DNA of 64,000 bases from positions 1,860,001-1,924,000 of the forward strand of contig VRMN01000001.1 in NCBI GenBank assembly GCA_008690995.1. The letters are read 5' to 3'. The translations under genes were made by a program, and so were the position numbers. This document shows positions 1 through 11,148 of this stretch, in pieces (position 1 is the first letter of the stretch; the number at the start of each line of letters is the position of its first letter). The notes under the pieces are model-generated. The model saw nothing but the letters and a program-made list of their open reading frames with translations. It was not told the origin of the DNA and did no database searches. The stretch is from Porphyridium purpureum (Eukaryota).

Positions 1-1076
1 CGCTTCTCAAAAAAGTTGGTCTTCCCTTCGAGCGAAATCAGCTCCATCCAGTCAAACGGGTTGCGGGCGTGGTAAACTTTTTCGTGCCCGAGGGACTGGA
101 GCAGGCGGTCGGCGACAAACTCAATATATTGCGCCATAAGTTCGCTGTTCATCCCGATCAAGTCGCACGGCAGCGCGTCAATAATAAATTCCTTCTCGCA
201 CGCAACAGCGCTCGTGATGATGTTGAGCACCGTTTCGTTCGGCAGCTTCTGCGGGCACATGCTGTACAAGAGGCACGCAAAGTCGCAGTGCAGACCCTCG
301 TCTCGCGAAATCAGCTCATTGCTGAACGTGAGTCCAGGCATGAGCCCGCGCTTCTTGAGCCAAAAGATTGCGCAGAAAGAGCCGGAGAAAAAAATTCCTT
401 CGACTGCGGCAAACGCGACCAGACGCTCTGCAAAGGATGCGTGCGATGAGATCCACGTCAAAGCCCACTCGGCCTTTTTCTTCACGCAGGGAATCTCTTC
501 CATAGCGTGGAAGAGATGGTTCTTTTCCTCTGGGTCGGACACGTACGTGTCAATGAGCAAGGAGTACGTTTCCGAGTGGATGTTCTCCATCGCGATCTGG
601 AAGCCATAAAAGCAGCGCGCTTCCGGGATCTGGACGTCCTTCGAGAAGCGCTCGCACAAATTCTCCAGAACGATTCCGTCCGATGCGGCGAAGAAGGCGA
701 GCACATGCTTGATGAAGTGCTGCTCATCCTTGTTGAGCGATCGCCACTGCAGCAAGTCCGAGCTCAGGTCGATTTCCTCGGCGGTCCAGAAGGACGCCTC
801 GTGCTTCTTGTACATTTTCCAGATGTCGTGGTGCCTGATCGGGAAAAGCGTGTACCGGTCGGCCGCATCCGCGCGGAACAAAGCTGGTACGTCCTCCCCC
901 TCACGCGCCACTGCGCGGCTTCCATTGTTGGCCAGTGCGGACCGGCTCTCGTTGGCCGCAGCACTGACCTCCATCATTGAATCGTCTTTCCATACTACGC
1001 GTGTATCTGCCATCATATCCATCATCTCTTGTTCTCCGTTCACCGGTGCCACCACCATTTTTTTCATCGATGCCAT
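1..1076 (-). CDS. RNR2: Ribonucleoside-diphosphate reductase small subunit (class Ia R2), 3' end runs off the window
   Basis: Manual minus-strand translation from ATG at 1076 gives [54 protein letters not shown] and [21 protein letters not shown] at the edge. Absent from the ORF track because the stop lies outside the window. Confidence 0.97.
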   Translation of the reverse strand, partial: MASMKKMVVAPVNGEQEMMDMMADTRVVWKDDSMMEVSAAANESRSALANNGSRAVAREGEDVPALFRADAADRYTLFPIRHHDIWKMYKKHEASFWTAEEIDLSSDLLQWRSLNKDEQHFIKHVLAFFAASDGIVLENLCERFSKDVQIPEARCFYGFQIAMENIHSETYSLLIDTYVSDPEEKNHLFHAMEEIPCVKKKAEWALTWISSHASFAERLVAFAAVEGIFFSGSFCAIFWLKKRGLMPGLTFSNELISRDEGLHCDFACLLYSMCPQKLPNETVLNIITSAVACEKEFIIDALPCDLIGMNSELMAQYIEFVADRLLQSLGHEKVYHARNPFDWMELISLEGKTNFFEK

Positions 1077-1470
1077 TTCCCGCGTTTCCTCAATTGCACG
1101 TGACGCCCCACACTGCTCCGTGCACCACTACAGCGTCCACGTCCTTGTTCTGGGATGCGGCACGACTCCCACGTCTTCGCAACCGGATGTGTCTCGAGCC
1201 CCTCCTACTTGTCACTCTCACGTATCGTCACCCTTTGGCACGATGAGCTCCTCTCGTGGGCGCGGAGCGACGTTTGCCAATCTTATATACCACGACAGAC
1301 CGACTCCCACACTGGTGTGGCGCGGAGTCCAATGCCGCAGACGGTCGATATCGTTGCCTGATTGCGCGCCAAAACGATGGAGGGGGCAAAGAGCTTCTTC
1401 CAATCCATCCACCGCGTTCGACACGAACACCACGTCGCAAGTTTCGCGACAAAAACCCCAGCTTTCGCGC
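1076..1470. promoter_or_regulatory. E2F-like sites (TTTSSCGC) upstream of RNR2
   Basis: TTTCCCGC 1076-1083, GCGCCAAA 1366-1373 (TTTGGCGC on minus), TTTCGCGC 1463-1470. Confidence 0.5.
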
Positions 1471-1624
1471 CACAACACTTGAACACAGCGGTTCCGTTCC
1501 GTGGGGTTCATATCAAAACGATCCCGTTTTGATATAAGAGCTGCCCCGACGACGCGCGCGCTTCTGCTGCTTCCATCACTGTACTTTCATGGGCTTTTCA
1601 ATTTTCAGTGGGGACCGGAAACTT

Positions 1625-1651
1625 GAGTACTGTGAGTACTGTGAGTACTGT
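1625..1651. repeat. Tandem 9-mer (GAGTACTGT)x3 in the divergent RNR2/GT61 promoter
   Basis: Read directly from the sequence. Confidence 0.9.
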
Positions 1652-2151
1652 GACTGGAGTTGGGAAATCTCGCCTCAGCCCCGCTCAGAGTCGCCAACCC
1701 CAAGGCAGTTCTTCACATCATTGTTCAGGACAAAAGTTATCCAACCGGCACGACCGTGGTCGCCGCCCTGTGCATCAATCTATAATTTACGTGCGCGGTT
1801 GGGGTAGCGACAGACAGTTTGGTCGGGCTCTTGCCGCTCATCGACAATCGCAGCCACGCGGACGTGTTTGCCCAACTTCTTATCGGTTATAGATCACGGA
1901 GTGGCCAGTAAGCGGTTAGCCATTGCGCCGGTCTCCGTTCGTTTCCACCGTTTCCGTAGTGTTCACTTTAGTACAGCTGCCGGGGGTACACGTACTTGAG
2001 TACACTGGACAAGCCGGTCAGTCGGAATGGAGGACGCGCTCGCGTGCCCGATTCGGCAGATGAGCAGCGGGATGGGTGCGCGCATGTGGTGATATGGGTC
2101 TGGGCAGTGGAGAGGAATGGAAAGTGGACGTGAACCTGACACCGTCATGAG

Positions 2152-4020
2152 ATGAATAACGGGCCGCAGGATGCAACTGTCTCCCCGAAGAAGCTGGGCT
2201 GGAACTTCAGCAGAAGGCCTGGGACAATTGTTCGATGGAGTTTGGGACTGCTGCTTGGTCTCGCACTTGTGACCGCATGGATCGCCATTCGCTCCTCGCT
2301 GCGCATCTTGCGCGCTCGTGAGGAACGCGCGCGAGTAGATCCCCCGGATGTGGTGGCGCTTGGTATAGACCGACTTGGAGAGACCTGCCGAATGAATCAC
2401 AGCGCGGGGATGCGCAAAGCGACAGGGTTCAAACTGGCAAACGCGCTCGCGCGCAGTGAAAGGCAGGCCCGGAGGCAGCCAAGTGAAGAAACTGGAGGCT
2501 ATGAAATTGGTTCCCAGTCCTGGTCGCCGTCTGTGCTAACATCGTGTGCATCGTGGATGCCGCGCTACTATGCACCGTGCTTGGCTAGGGCAATGGCTCA
2601 CGTCGGTCGCGCTAGTGATCCAAACGTCAGCGGCAATTCTGGCCAAATAGCAAAAATTTACGGCGAGCAGCTGCTTTTCCCCGGATTCACACTGGAGCTG
2701 CCTCACTTTCTGAGCAAAGCTCAGCGTGACATGTGGCTCATGAGCGCCAAAAACTATGGACGCAATTGGTTCCGGCACCTCGATATCCAGGAAGCCCAGA
2801 ACCTAGTGATCTACCGCGGGCTCAACTATGCACAAAATCTTGTGTTTTATGACGTGATGACACCGCACGAAATGGTCAGGAGCGCGGGAAAATGGAGAGT
2901 TCCGAATCCGCGCAATCAGTCAGAGGTTGATATCCCGGCGGCCAGAGGCTCGTGCTTCGTCACGCGCGACCAGGAGCCCACTCTCTTCGGGTCTGCGTCT
3001 ATAGAAAAGCGCGACCCTTTTACTGAGAAGGAGATAGGAGAATACCCCCAGCAGATCGAGCATTTACTGCTCACGCACGTGCCGGACTACAAGTCATGGC
3101 AGCACTTTACCGACCACGCCGCGCCCCTCATCTTGCAGACCCAGCACTTGCGGGAGCACCGGTCCATCAATGCTTTGATTATGGGGGCACCGGTGCCTGG
3201 TGTGGCTTTTGGGCCGCGTCGTGACGCCATTGACGAGATCGCCGAGCTTCTCGGGTTTGATGCGCACCATCGCATGGAACCTCGTGCTCGCGTGCGCGTG
3301 CGCGAATTGGTGTATGCATGCCGGTCTATAGAAGTACATCCGTACCCAGTCCGACGCCTGCGCGAGCTCATACTCTTTGAAGAGAAACGGCGACATGATG
3401 CAAGCGAAGAACATCCGATCAAACGCAAACTCGTAATTTATCTATCGCGTTGGGGTCTATCAAAGCAGCGTGTGTTGCTCAATGAGCCCGAAGTCCTTGA
3501 GCGCATACGCGTGCTCTTAGAGAAGCGCAACCAGAGCGAGAAACTCGTCGTGGTAAAGCAGCAGCTCGCCTTGCCGCAAATGATTCGCCTATACCACGAG
3601 AGAGCCAAGGCCATTATCGGGGTGCACGGAGGTGCCCTGTACTGCTCTCGGCTTGCCGCGCCGCATACTATTGTCATTGAGCTCATCCCGAAAGGGCGCT
3701 TCAAGCACATTTTCTGGGAAACAGCGCGCATGCTCGAGCAGGCATATTTTGCATTGATCTATCCGGACGTGGGCAACCCAGAGTTCCACAACATCCGGGG
3801 CGACACGCGCGAAATTCTGAGCGTGCTCCAGTACGGACTGGAGCGATGGAATACGGCCGTGTTGCAGGGGCCGTTTACGCGCCATTTTTCTGCAACCCGA
3901 GAGCCATCACAATCTAGCCATGACGAGCTGTATGACTCTGACTTTGTACACGCCTTGACCCGGAAAGACGTGGCACTGGTTGATGCAGCCATGCATGAGA
4001 CCGTAAATCGTTCTTCCTGA
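2152..4020 (+). CDS. Glycosyltransferase family 61 (DUF563)-like type II membrane protein
   Basis: 622 aa; N-terminal TM (LGLLLGLALVTAWIAI); WQHF motif; YLSR...RVLLNEPEV; IIGVHGGAL...IVIELIP matches the GT61 GxHGA(G)L motif. Confidence 0.8.
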   Translation: MNNGPQDATVSPKKLGWNFSRRPGTIVRWSLGLLLGLALVTAWIAIRSSLRILRAREERARVDPPDVVALGIDRLGETCRMNHSAGMRKATGFKLANALARSERQARRQPSEETGGYEIGSQSWSPSVLTSCASWMPRYYAPCLARAMAHVGRASDPNVSGNSGQIAKIYGEQLLFPGFTLELPHFLSKAQRDMWLMSAKNYGRNWFRHLDIQEAQNLVIYRGLNYAQNLVFYDVMTPHEMVRSAGKWRVPNPRNQSEVDIPAARGSCFVTRDQEPTLFGSASIEKRDPFTEKEIGEYPQQIEHLLLTHVPDYKSWQHFTDHAAPLILQTQHLREHRSINALIMGAPVPGVAFGPRRDAIDEIAELLGFDAHHRMEPRARVRVRELVYACRSIEVHPYPVRRLRELILFEEKRRHDASEEHPIKRKLVIYLSRWGLSKQRVLLNEPEVLERIRVLLEKRNQSEKLVVVKQQLALPQMIRLYHERAKAIIGVHGGALYCSRLAAPHTIVIELIPKGRFKHIFWETARMLEQAYFALIYPDVGNPEFHNIRGDTREILSVLQYGLERWNTAVLQGPFTRHFSATREPSQSSHDELYDSDFVHALTRKDVALVDAAMHETVNRSS

Positions 4021-4173
4021 TGCGGACGCTTTCGTGTGACTCTGGTTTCTGAACTCGATCACTTTTGGAAAGACTGATTGAAGCGCGCGTCGAAGGATGG
4101 AATGAACCGCGATTCAAGTTCATTTCTTCATTCCCTGCTCGTTGCCCCATTACGGGCCCTAGACATCAAACAT

Positions 4174-7100
4174 TCATTCGGTGATCGACTCCATGGCTAG
4201 GCGTAGCTGCTCAGCGTCTAAATCTTTGCCAATGATCACGAGCTGGTTCTCACGCGGCTGACCATCAACCCAAGAGGCCTTTTCGAAATCAAATCGTCGT
4301 CCGGCAAGCTGAAAAATATAGAGCGTGAGCCGGGATCGTCAGAGAAAAGGAGCAATCCTTTCGCACGGTAGACGCCCGGTGGAATCTGTTGCAAAAACTT
4401 ATCCATAAAGCGGTCCGCATTGAACGGCTTTGACGACCGGAAGGATATAGTTTGGAATCCATCACGCTCCAAATGATTGCTCTCCTTCTTGTCCATGTCT
4501 ACAACGTCTCGATGACTCTCATGATCACATTCATCACCTGCGCATTCATGCGCGGCAGACTGATCCTGATCTGTGCCAGACTTCACCGTATCATCGGCAG
4601 GCTGATACTTTCTTGCTTCAGCACTAGCTTCAGGAGAAAGGCGGAGCCCCACGTCGAGGATGTACTTGACTGGTACCACACCGCGCTTCACTTTGAGAAT
4701 GCGGGCACCGGGGCGCTTCGATTTCAGAAACGTAATGATCTCTTCAACGCGCTCGGGCGGTGTTATATCTGTCTTACTCATCAGAAAAGTGTCGGCAACA
4801 AAAACCTGACTCATCATGGTTTCGCTCTCTAACACTTGTGACTCATCAAAGTTAGAGGCATCAATGAGCGAAATGATGCCATCCATTCGAATGCGGTTGG
4901 AGAGATCAAAAGCGTTCAGCGTGTTGAGGATCGGAACAGGATCCGCGACGCCACTAGTCTCCACGAGCAAATAGTCAACACGATCGCCTAGTGCCAGGAT
5001 CTTTTCCACCGCCTCCTGAAACGACCGATTGATGGAGCAGCAAATGCATCCATTTTCTAGGGAGATCGGGTCCAACAATTCGGCGTCCACCCAATCCTTC
5101 CCGCCACTACCCTGCCGCGACACAATTTGCTTATCAATGTTAATTTCGCCGAACTCGTTCACGAGCACGGCAATTTTCAAATCGGGCGTCTCGTTGAGAA
5201 TATGGTTGATCAGAGACGACTTGCCAGCACCTAGAAACCCGGTGATCAGTGTGACAGGCAGGCCAATGCTGGGCACTTTTTGCAGGATCGAGTCTGCTGT
5301 CTCCGTGTCCCAACTCACAAGCACGCCTGCTTCATCATTGGAGGACGATGGCACTCGCTCACCTCCTCCTTCCGCTTTGGTGGCAGCCTTCTCACCGGCA
5401 AACGCGCCAAGCGATAAAACAGCGTCTTCGCTCGTTGCCGCGTCGCCAACGGCGCGGTCGCGAACGAGTCGACCAACATCACGATTAAGTGTGCTCAGCG
5501 TATCTGAAGCAGCATTGGCCTCTACCTTTCGTGACTGACCCTTATCATTTGCGTCTTGTCGTTCTCCGCTGTTAGTCTTGGATGATCGCGCGTCGCTGCT
5601 GCTCGCTGGCGCTGGCGCTGGCGCGGGCGCCACGCGATTGGGAGCGCTTCCACTCATCCAGTCGAGATCTTCTTCAGCGTCATCCTCATCGTCAGACTCC
5701 AGCGGCACGAATACGTCGAAAGGGTCTGCTAGACTCTCCCATTTGTTGGTAAACACCATTTCCTCATCGTTCAGGAGGCACGAGTCCAGTAGACCCCTGA
5801 TGCGTTCTTTGTCCAGCGCTCGCCCAACAAAAACAATCTCCGTTGTGCGGCCACCAAACCTTTCGTCACGATTACCAGCTGCTCCGCCCGATCTGGCGTC
5901 GTCTCGAAAGTTCGGCCCTCGAGAAAGGGTGCCTACGTCGCCCGCTTGCTCCCACAGAAGAGGGTATTTGTTCCGGGACGCTATCCACAGCCGTCCCCGA
6001 GACCGCATCACACCATCAAATAGCGACATGTTTTTCATGTAATCATACAAGCTTTCTGGTCGGAATGGGCGCTCGCTGCGGTACACCAGCGTGCTGGCCT
6101 TGACGCTCTTGCCAAGCTTCACAGCATCAGTATTCTTTTCTGCGAACAAAGCCCGCCGCCAGGATGCGCCAAGCTCAGTCTTCACAGGATCATAGAGCGC
6201 TGTATTCATCATCGCTTCACACGGCACCTGTGCGAGCGGTGCCGTGATGACCGTCGCAGGCCGGTTCAGTATATTGATGATCATTTCCAGCTCGGTCTTT
6301 CCTGTTTCCTCATCGATGGGAAGCGGGCCCGAAAGGCCAGATGCGCAAGCAACCACCATGTTTGCATCCTCCACCAGTGACACAGTGGAGATCAGGCGCA
6401 TGCTCTCTGGTACCGACTTTGGACTCACCTTCCTGGACCGAGTCTTCTCGCGCGGCTCTGTTTTTGACTCTGAGATCGTCGTCTCAGCTGGTACTACTGG
6501 CTGTGAGGCGCCGAGGAGTTCATTTTCTGGTACTTCTTCCGACGATACTGCAGGCTGCTCGACTTCACCTGGTTGCCCCGGTGTCTGCGACACACCATCT
6601 ACGGAATTTGCCTCCATTTGCCGCCTTTCAAATGCATCCTCCGCAGCGGCCAGTGCACCGTCATACCCCTGAGCAGGGCTCTCCCAGTCGCTCAGCGCGC
6701 CATCTTCAGTCTGAGCGAAATCCGCGCTCAACGCTGCAGCCACATCTAACCCCACTTCTTGTTCACCAGAAGTGTCAGAGATTTCATCCTTCTTGCTGAT
6801 TGCATTAAAGTCGCGAATAAAGGCGTCTCCATCAATCACGGTCACAAGGCTATCTACCTTGATGTTCGTCATTGCGTGCAAATCTTGAGCGACGTATCTT
6901 GGTTTCATCGAGTCGAGCCCGCTCATCTCCACAAAAATGCAATCAAAGTCTCTGCGCTGCGAAAGCGTGCGCACCACGTCGTACAGTTCAGTGATAGACT
7001 CACAGTGATACCAAGCCGGTGAAAGCGCTTCCTCCTCCTCCGTGTCTCTGGCTGTGCCAGCGGCACCGGTTAGAGCATCTTTGAGCTCCAGATTGCGGAA

Positions 7101-8036
7101 GCCTCGGGGTGCGTGAGAAAACGAAACATTGCTCGTTGCGTCTTCTTCACTTTCGCTCCCGCTTTCTGGGTCAGTCACATTGTCCAGATCCTGTGACCTA
7201 ACAGCAGGCATGGATGGTGATGTTGGCGACAAAACGGCGACATTCTGTGGCTGCGAAAATTGGTCAATGGGCGAGGGCAGCATACCACTCTGCGAAATCA
7301 CCCCAGATGCCGCGCCGGGTGCCTCACTTACACTACTGCCTGCCCCACGTCCCTTTGATGCCGGGGAGGCGTCGACAGTATCGACCTTCCCCGTGGAGTC
7401 TGTCCGCGGCGGCGGCGCGCGTGCGTCCTTTCCCGGGTCGTTTACGGTAATCAACACGACGCGTGTATCAGATGGTATGCGGGTCAGAACTGTCGAGCAA
7501 AACTGCCTTCGAAGCTCGAGGTCGCAGCATGAGATGATGGTCACCCGCGGCGTAAAACCCATGCGGACATCGGCGCCTGTGCTCTTTTCCTTTTGCACAG
7601 AGCCAGGCGCAGAAGCGGGCTTGCGTGCGTCAGCCTCCTGCTTCACCTTACTCGTGCTGGCTTCCGTCTCATCTGACGTGGCCAACATGAAGCGCGAGAA
7701 CTCTGACATCGAGAGCGACCTGTCGTCTGACAAATCAAGCGGCAGGTCTGAGGCGGCGAGCCAGGCCACGCGCTTAGCTCCCCGCGTTCGAGAGAAATTA
7801 GCTCGAGCACGAACAGGACATGCACTGGTCGGCATGCCTGCCCTGGCCTTCCGGCATGAGGGCCGCATGCGCACATCGTGGGGGCGCACATTCACATTCA
7901 CGCGCAATCCATATCCGCATTTCAGGCACAGAAACGCCGCCGCGCCCGATGCCAAGGAGCAGGACGCAGTTACTCTATCATCTATGAGCGGTGCGTGCGC
8001 CGTGTCGCTCGAGTACGCACGCCTCGCCTTCCCCAT
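4174..8036 (-). CDS. Tandem-domain COG0523/CobW (G3E GTPase) metallochaperone: degenerate YciC-like unit plus intact CobW unit; frameshift near 4310-4338
   Basis: Second unit has GFLGAGKS (5217-5240), NEFGE, GCICC (5037-5051), ETSG, SKTD, a His/Cys linker and YRAKG. The track ORF stops at 4236, but the shifted frame gives YIFQLAGRRFDFEKASWVDGQPRENQLVIIGKDLD...TE* ending at 4174. First unit keeps CobW_C (RSRGRLWIASR, EIVFVGRALD, DPF) but lacks the Walker A. Confidence 0.9.
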
Positions 8037-8282
8037 TGTCTCTGGTTTCCCCCCACTGCGACTCGTTCAATCTCTCCTCGAGTTGTGTCAACTCACTTCG
8101 AGATCGGCTGTTTCTTAACAGAAGGGAGAAGGGCATGCACTGTACTTCACGGTTTGCATTTTTGAGTGGGGAAGCAGTCGAATGCGTGACATCCGCAAAA
8201 GAGGCGACGGACTCTGAGGAAGAGAAAGGACAAACACTACACGACCGGAACAAAATCATCCAGAATATTCTCTGTTTCTGCA

Positions 8283-8287
<5 letters not shown>

Positions 8288-8317
<30 letters not shown>
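8288..8317. repeat. (AC)15 microsatellite
   Basis: Read directly. Confidence 0.95.
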
Positions 8318-8319
<2 letters not shown>

Positions 8320-8362
8320 ACAAACACGCGACGATCTTCCTCTGTCCGTCGTCAGCGCGGCC

Positions 8363-10720
8363 TCACTCGTTCCACTCATATCGTCCGGCCTCAAGGCTGG
8401 CCCCGCAATGCGCCCGAGCCTCGTCCACCGAGAGCTTGTCCGTACGCTGTGGTGATAAGGACTCAGGGCCATGAAGAGCGCCCGAGTCGCTCAAATAGTT
8501 CAACCTGCGCACGCGCGCGTTCAAGTCACGGTCCATGCCACCGTCTTCCTCCTCGTCGTCGGCTGGCACAAATTCAGTGAAAGGATCCTGCAGGCTTGTC
8601 TGCCACGCATCGCGAAAGACGAGTTCAGAATCATTCAGCTCGCACGATTCTAACAGCGCCAGTAGCTTCTTCTTATCTAGGTGCGTTCCAACAAAAACCA
8701 GCTCAGATTCTCGGTCGCCACACCGCTCGTGATCTTCTGGTTGGGGAAGGCTCGCCATTTTTTCTCGCACAGACTTTGGCCACTGTTCTTCGGGAACACT
8801 CGCCCAAAACGGTGTTCCGCGCTTAACTGAGGCCACGTCGCCGGCCTGCGCCCATATCAAGGGCGCTCGCATCCGCGTGGCAAGCCACAACCGGCCTGTT
8901 GAACGCAAGACCCCATCAAAGGTCGCCATGTCGTTCAGGCGTTCGTACAATCGCGCTGGGTGAAAGGGACGCGTGGACTTGTACACAAACGCAACATCCT
9001 TCAGTCCTTTGCTTTGTTTCGCTATGCCCTCATTACCGTGCGCAATCAACGCGCGACGCCATGTAGCCGCCAGAGCGCTCCTGATGGGGTCATACGCGGC
9101 TGTATGCATGATGGCTGCCGGAGGCACTTGATCAACAGGCGCGGTAATAATTGTTGCGGCTCGATTCAATGTGCTCACCACGCTTTCCAGCCGTGTCTTC
9201 TCACCGACTGGAGCCGGAGTGCCATTGGACACTGCCACGACCACGTTCGCGTCTTCTATCAGTGATACCAGCATCATGGCCCTTTGGCCACTGTCGTTTT
9301 CGTTCGCTGCGTCTTTCTTGCTGACGGCTTGAGCTTTCACATCGGGTGCTGCTTGAAGCATCGGGGTGTATCGAATCTCGAACGTACTCCGTGAGTCCGG
9401 CGCGGGTGACTTTTCTGCTTGTTCTCCTTCCGACTCTGCCCACTCTGTATTCTGCGTCGAGGACGGTCCGTCAGTGACGGCTTCAATGCCATTCTTCTGA
9501 CCAAGATCTCGGAGAAAAGTGTCTTCATCGACCACAGTGACAAGGCAGTCTACCTTGACGTTCACCTCGTGGTCGAGCTCACGGGCAAGCTGAATCGGAT
9601 TCCACATTCCCGCCCCAGAGCCTTCAATAATAATATAGTCATGTTCACGGCGGCTCGAAATCACACGGATCACATTATTCAGCTCCTTAACGGACCGGCA
9701 ACGGAAAAAGGCACTTGTATCGTACCCTTGGGGCGCCGGCGCCGACGCCAACTCTGGGAGCACTTGTTTGAATACTAGAGGTGCGAACGCTGCTTGTGGG
9801 CACACTGCGAGCGTCTGTTCTTCTGCCGCTTCCATAGAGCTATCACGCACAACTTCTTGGCTAGATACGCCGATATTTTCTTTCGACCTATCAGTCCCTT
9901 CTTGCCGTATTTCTGGTTCTTCCTCCCGCTCCTTTGGTCCGAGGGAGATCAATATGGCCCGCGTCTCCGAGGGAATGTTGGCCAGGATGCTCGCACAAAA
10001 CTTGCTCCGCAAGGCAGCATCACATCCGGACACGATTGAAATACCCGGCGCAACAAAGCCATTCCTCTCGGGCCGCTCCATGTCGTCGCTCGTATCCTGT
10101 CCTCCACCTGTCTTGCTTTGAGACGTGGTGCCACTAGTACCATTCATCGACACATTCGCGGCATCAGCGCCAGACATGCCCGCCGTGTCATGAGACGGCG
10201 TTTCTAGCTGCATGCGACGCTCCAACATTTCACGGTGCTGCTGCAGCTTCCACGAGGCACGCGCAGCCTCCACTGCTGCTCGGCGCGCTTGCGTGCCGAC
10301 ACAATGGCCCTCAGTACACGTGTTATCTGCGTCTGTGCGCATTTCCATCGCGGCGGGGCCCGCCTGGGTCTGCGGCTCACTCTGCACGCACGGCTCAGCG
10401 GCGGCAAAATCATCGTGACCGTCATGGCCTCCAGTGTCCTCACCATCCTGATCCCTCGCGCTGCGTCCCGCCTCCCCCACCGCGGCAGCGTGCTGCCGCA
10501 GCAGCACTCGCCTGCCATGCCCATGCACAATAACCACTGCCGTGCTGACCCCAGCCCGCACAGTCCATCCCACAGCGTGCGCGCCGCTCGATCGCGTCCT
10601 CGCCCGCGCACAAGCGCATGGCGCACAGTACACGAAACAGGACCCTGTCCTCCTCATCCTCTCCCACCCACCCACCCCCCACCCTGTGCGCCTCTCCCCT
10701 GCCCTGCCCTCCCTCCGCAT
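8363..10720 (-). CDS. COG0523/CobW-like protein with degenerate G-domain and intact CobW_C; paralog of the N-terminal unit of the neighbouring gene
   Basis: 785 aa; RPFHPARL, RSTGRLWLATR, WAQAG, GDRESELVFVGTHLD, DPF. Walker A position reads SGCDAALRS and there is no CxCC. Start could be 10657. Confidence 0.85.
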   Translation of the reverse strand: MRREGRAGERRTGWGVGGWERMRRTGSCFVYCAPCACARARTRSSGAHAVGWTVRAGVSTAVVIVHGHGRRVLLRQHAAAVGEAGRSARDQDGEDTGGHDGHDDFAAAEPCVQSEPQTQAGPAAMEMRTDADNTCTEGHCVGTQARRAAVEAARASWKLQQHREMLERRMQLETPSHDTAGMSGADAANVSMNGTSGTTSQSKTGGGQDTSDDMERPERNGFVAPGISIVSGCDAALRSKFCASILANIPSETRAILISLGPKEREEEPEIRQEGTDRSKENIGVSSQEVVRDSSMEAAEEQTLAVCPQAAFAPLVFKQVLPELASAPAPQGYDTSAFFRCRSVKELNNVIRVISSRREHDYIIIEGSGAGMWNPIQLARELDHEVNVKVDCLVTVVDEDTFLRDLGQKNGIEAVTDGPSSTQNTEWAESEGEQAEKSPAPDSRSTFEIRYTPMLQAAPDVKAQAVSKKDAANENDSGQRAMMLVSLIEDANVVVAVSNGTPAPVGEKTRLESVVSTLNRAATIITAPVDQVPPAAIMHTAAYDPIRSALAATWRRALIAHGNEGIAKQSKGLKDVAFVYKSTRPFHPARLYERLNDMATFDGVLRSTGRLWLATRMRAPLIWAQAGDVASVKRGTPFWASVPEEQWPKSVREKMASLPQPEDHERCGDRESELVFVGTHLDKKKLLALLESCELNDSELVFRDAWQTSLQDPFTEFVPADDEEEDGGMDRDLNARVRRLNYLSDSGALHGPESLSPQRTDKLSVDEARAHCGASLEAGRYEWNE

Positions 10721-11148
10721 TCAACACGGCCGGCCTCAGTAATCATCAACACGCTCACACATGCACGACCAACATCATGCTCCAGCTCAACTGTACCGTG
10801 GGTACACCCCCCCCTTCGCGTTTGAACGAACCCCAACTCCATCAGCACATTTCCAAAACCATGTTCGGAACAAACACACACACACACACACCCCACGCCA
10901 TTCACATCATTCAAATCTCGCATCTCCCTCCTTGGTTCACGGCTTTTATCGGTTTCATGGTTTCATTAAAAGAGGGTTTAAATAAGTATGTTAAATAATT
11001 GTGCGTCCAGCGCTGGAAGTGTAAGCGACTTTGCGTCGCTTCCGGTTTGGTGGTTGGGTTGGTGGGTGGGTGGGTTTCTTCGGCATGGGGAAGAGACAGC
11101 GACAGCGAGAGGGAGGGAGGGAGGTAGAGAGACGTGCGGCGCGGGGAG

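Noticed and set aside
69..1482. Plus-strand ORFs 69-449, 214-609, 507-980 and 709-1482
   Set aside because: Antisense shadows of RNR2 on the minus strand
7129..8118. 329-aa plus-strand ORF, and similar long antisense ORFs at 10911-11774, 23393-24403, 31852-32544 and 47759-48664
   Set aside because: They lie opposite well-supported genes in GC-rich DNA and show no motifs
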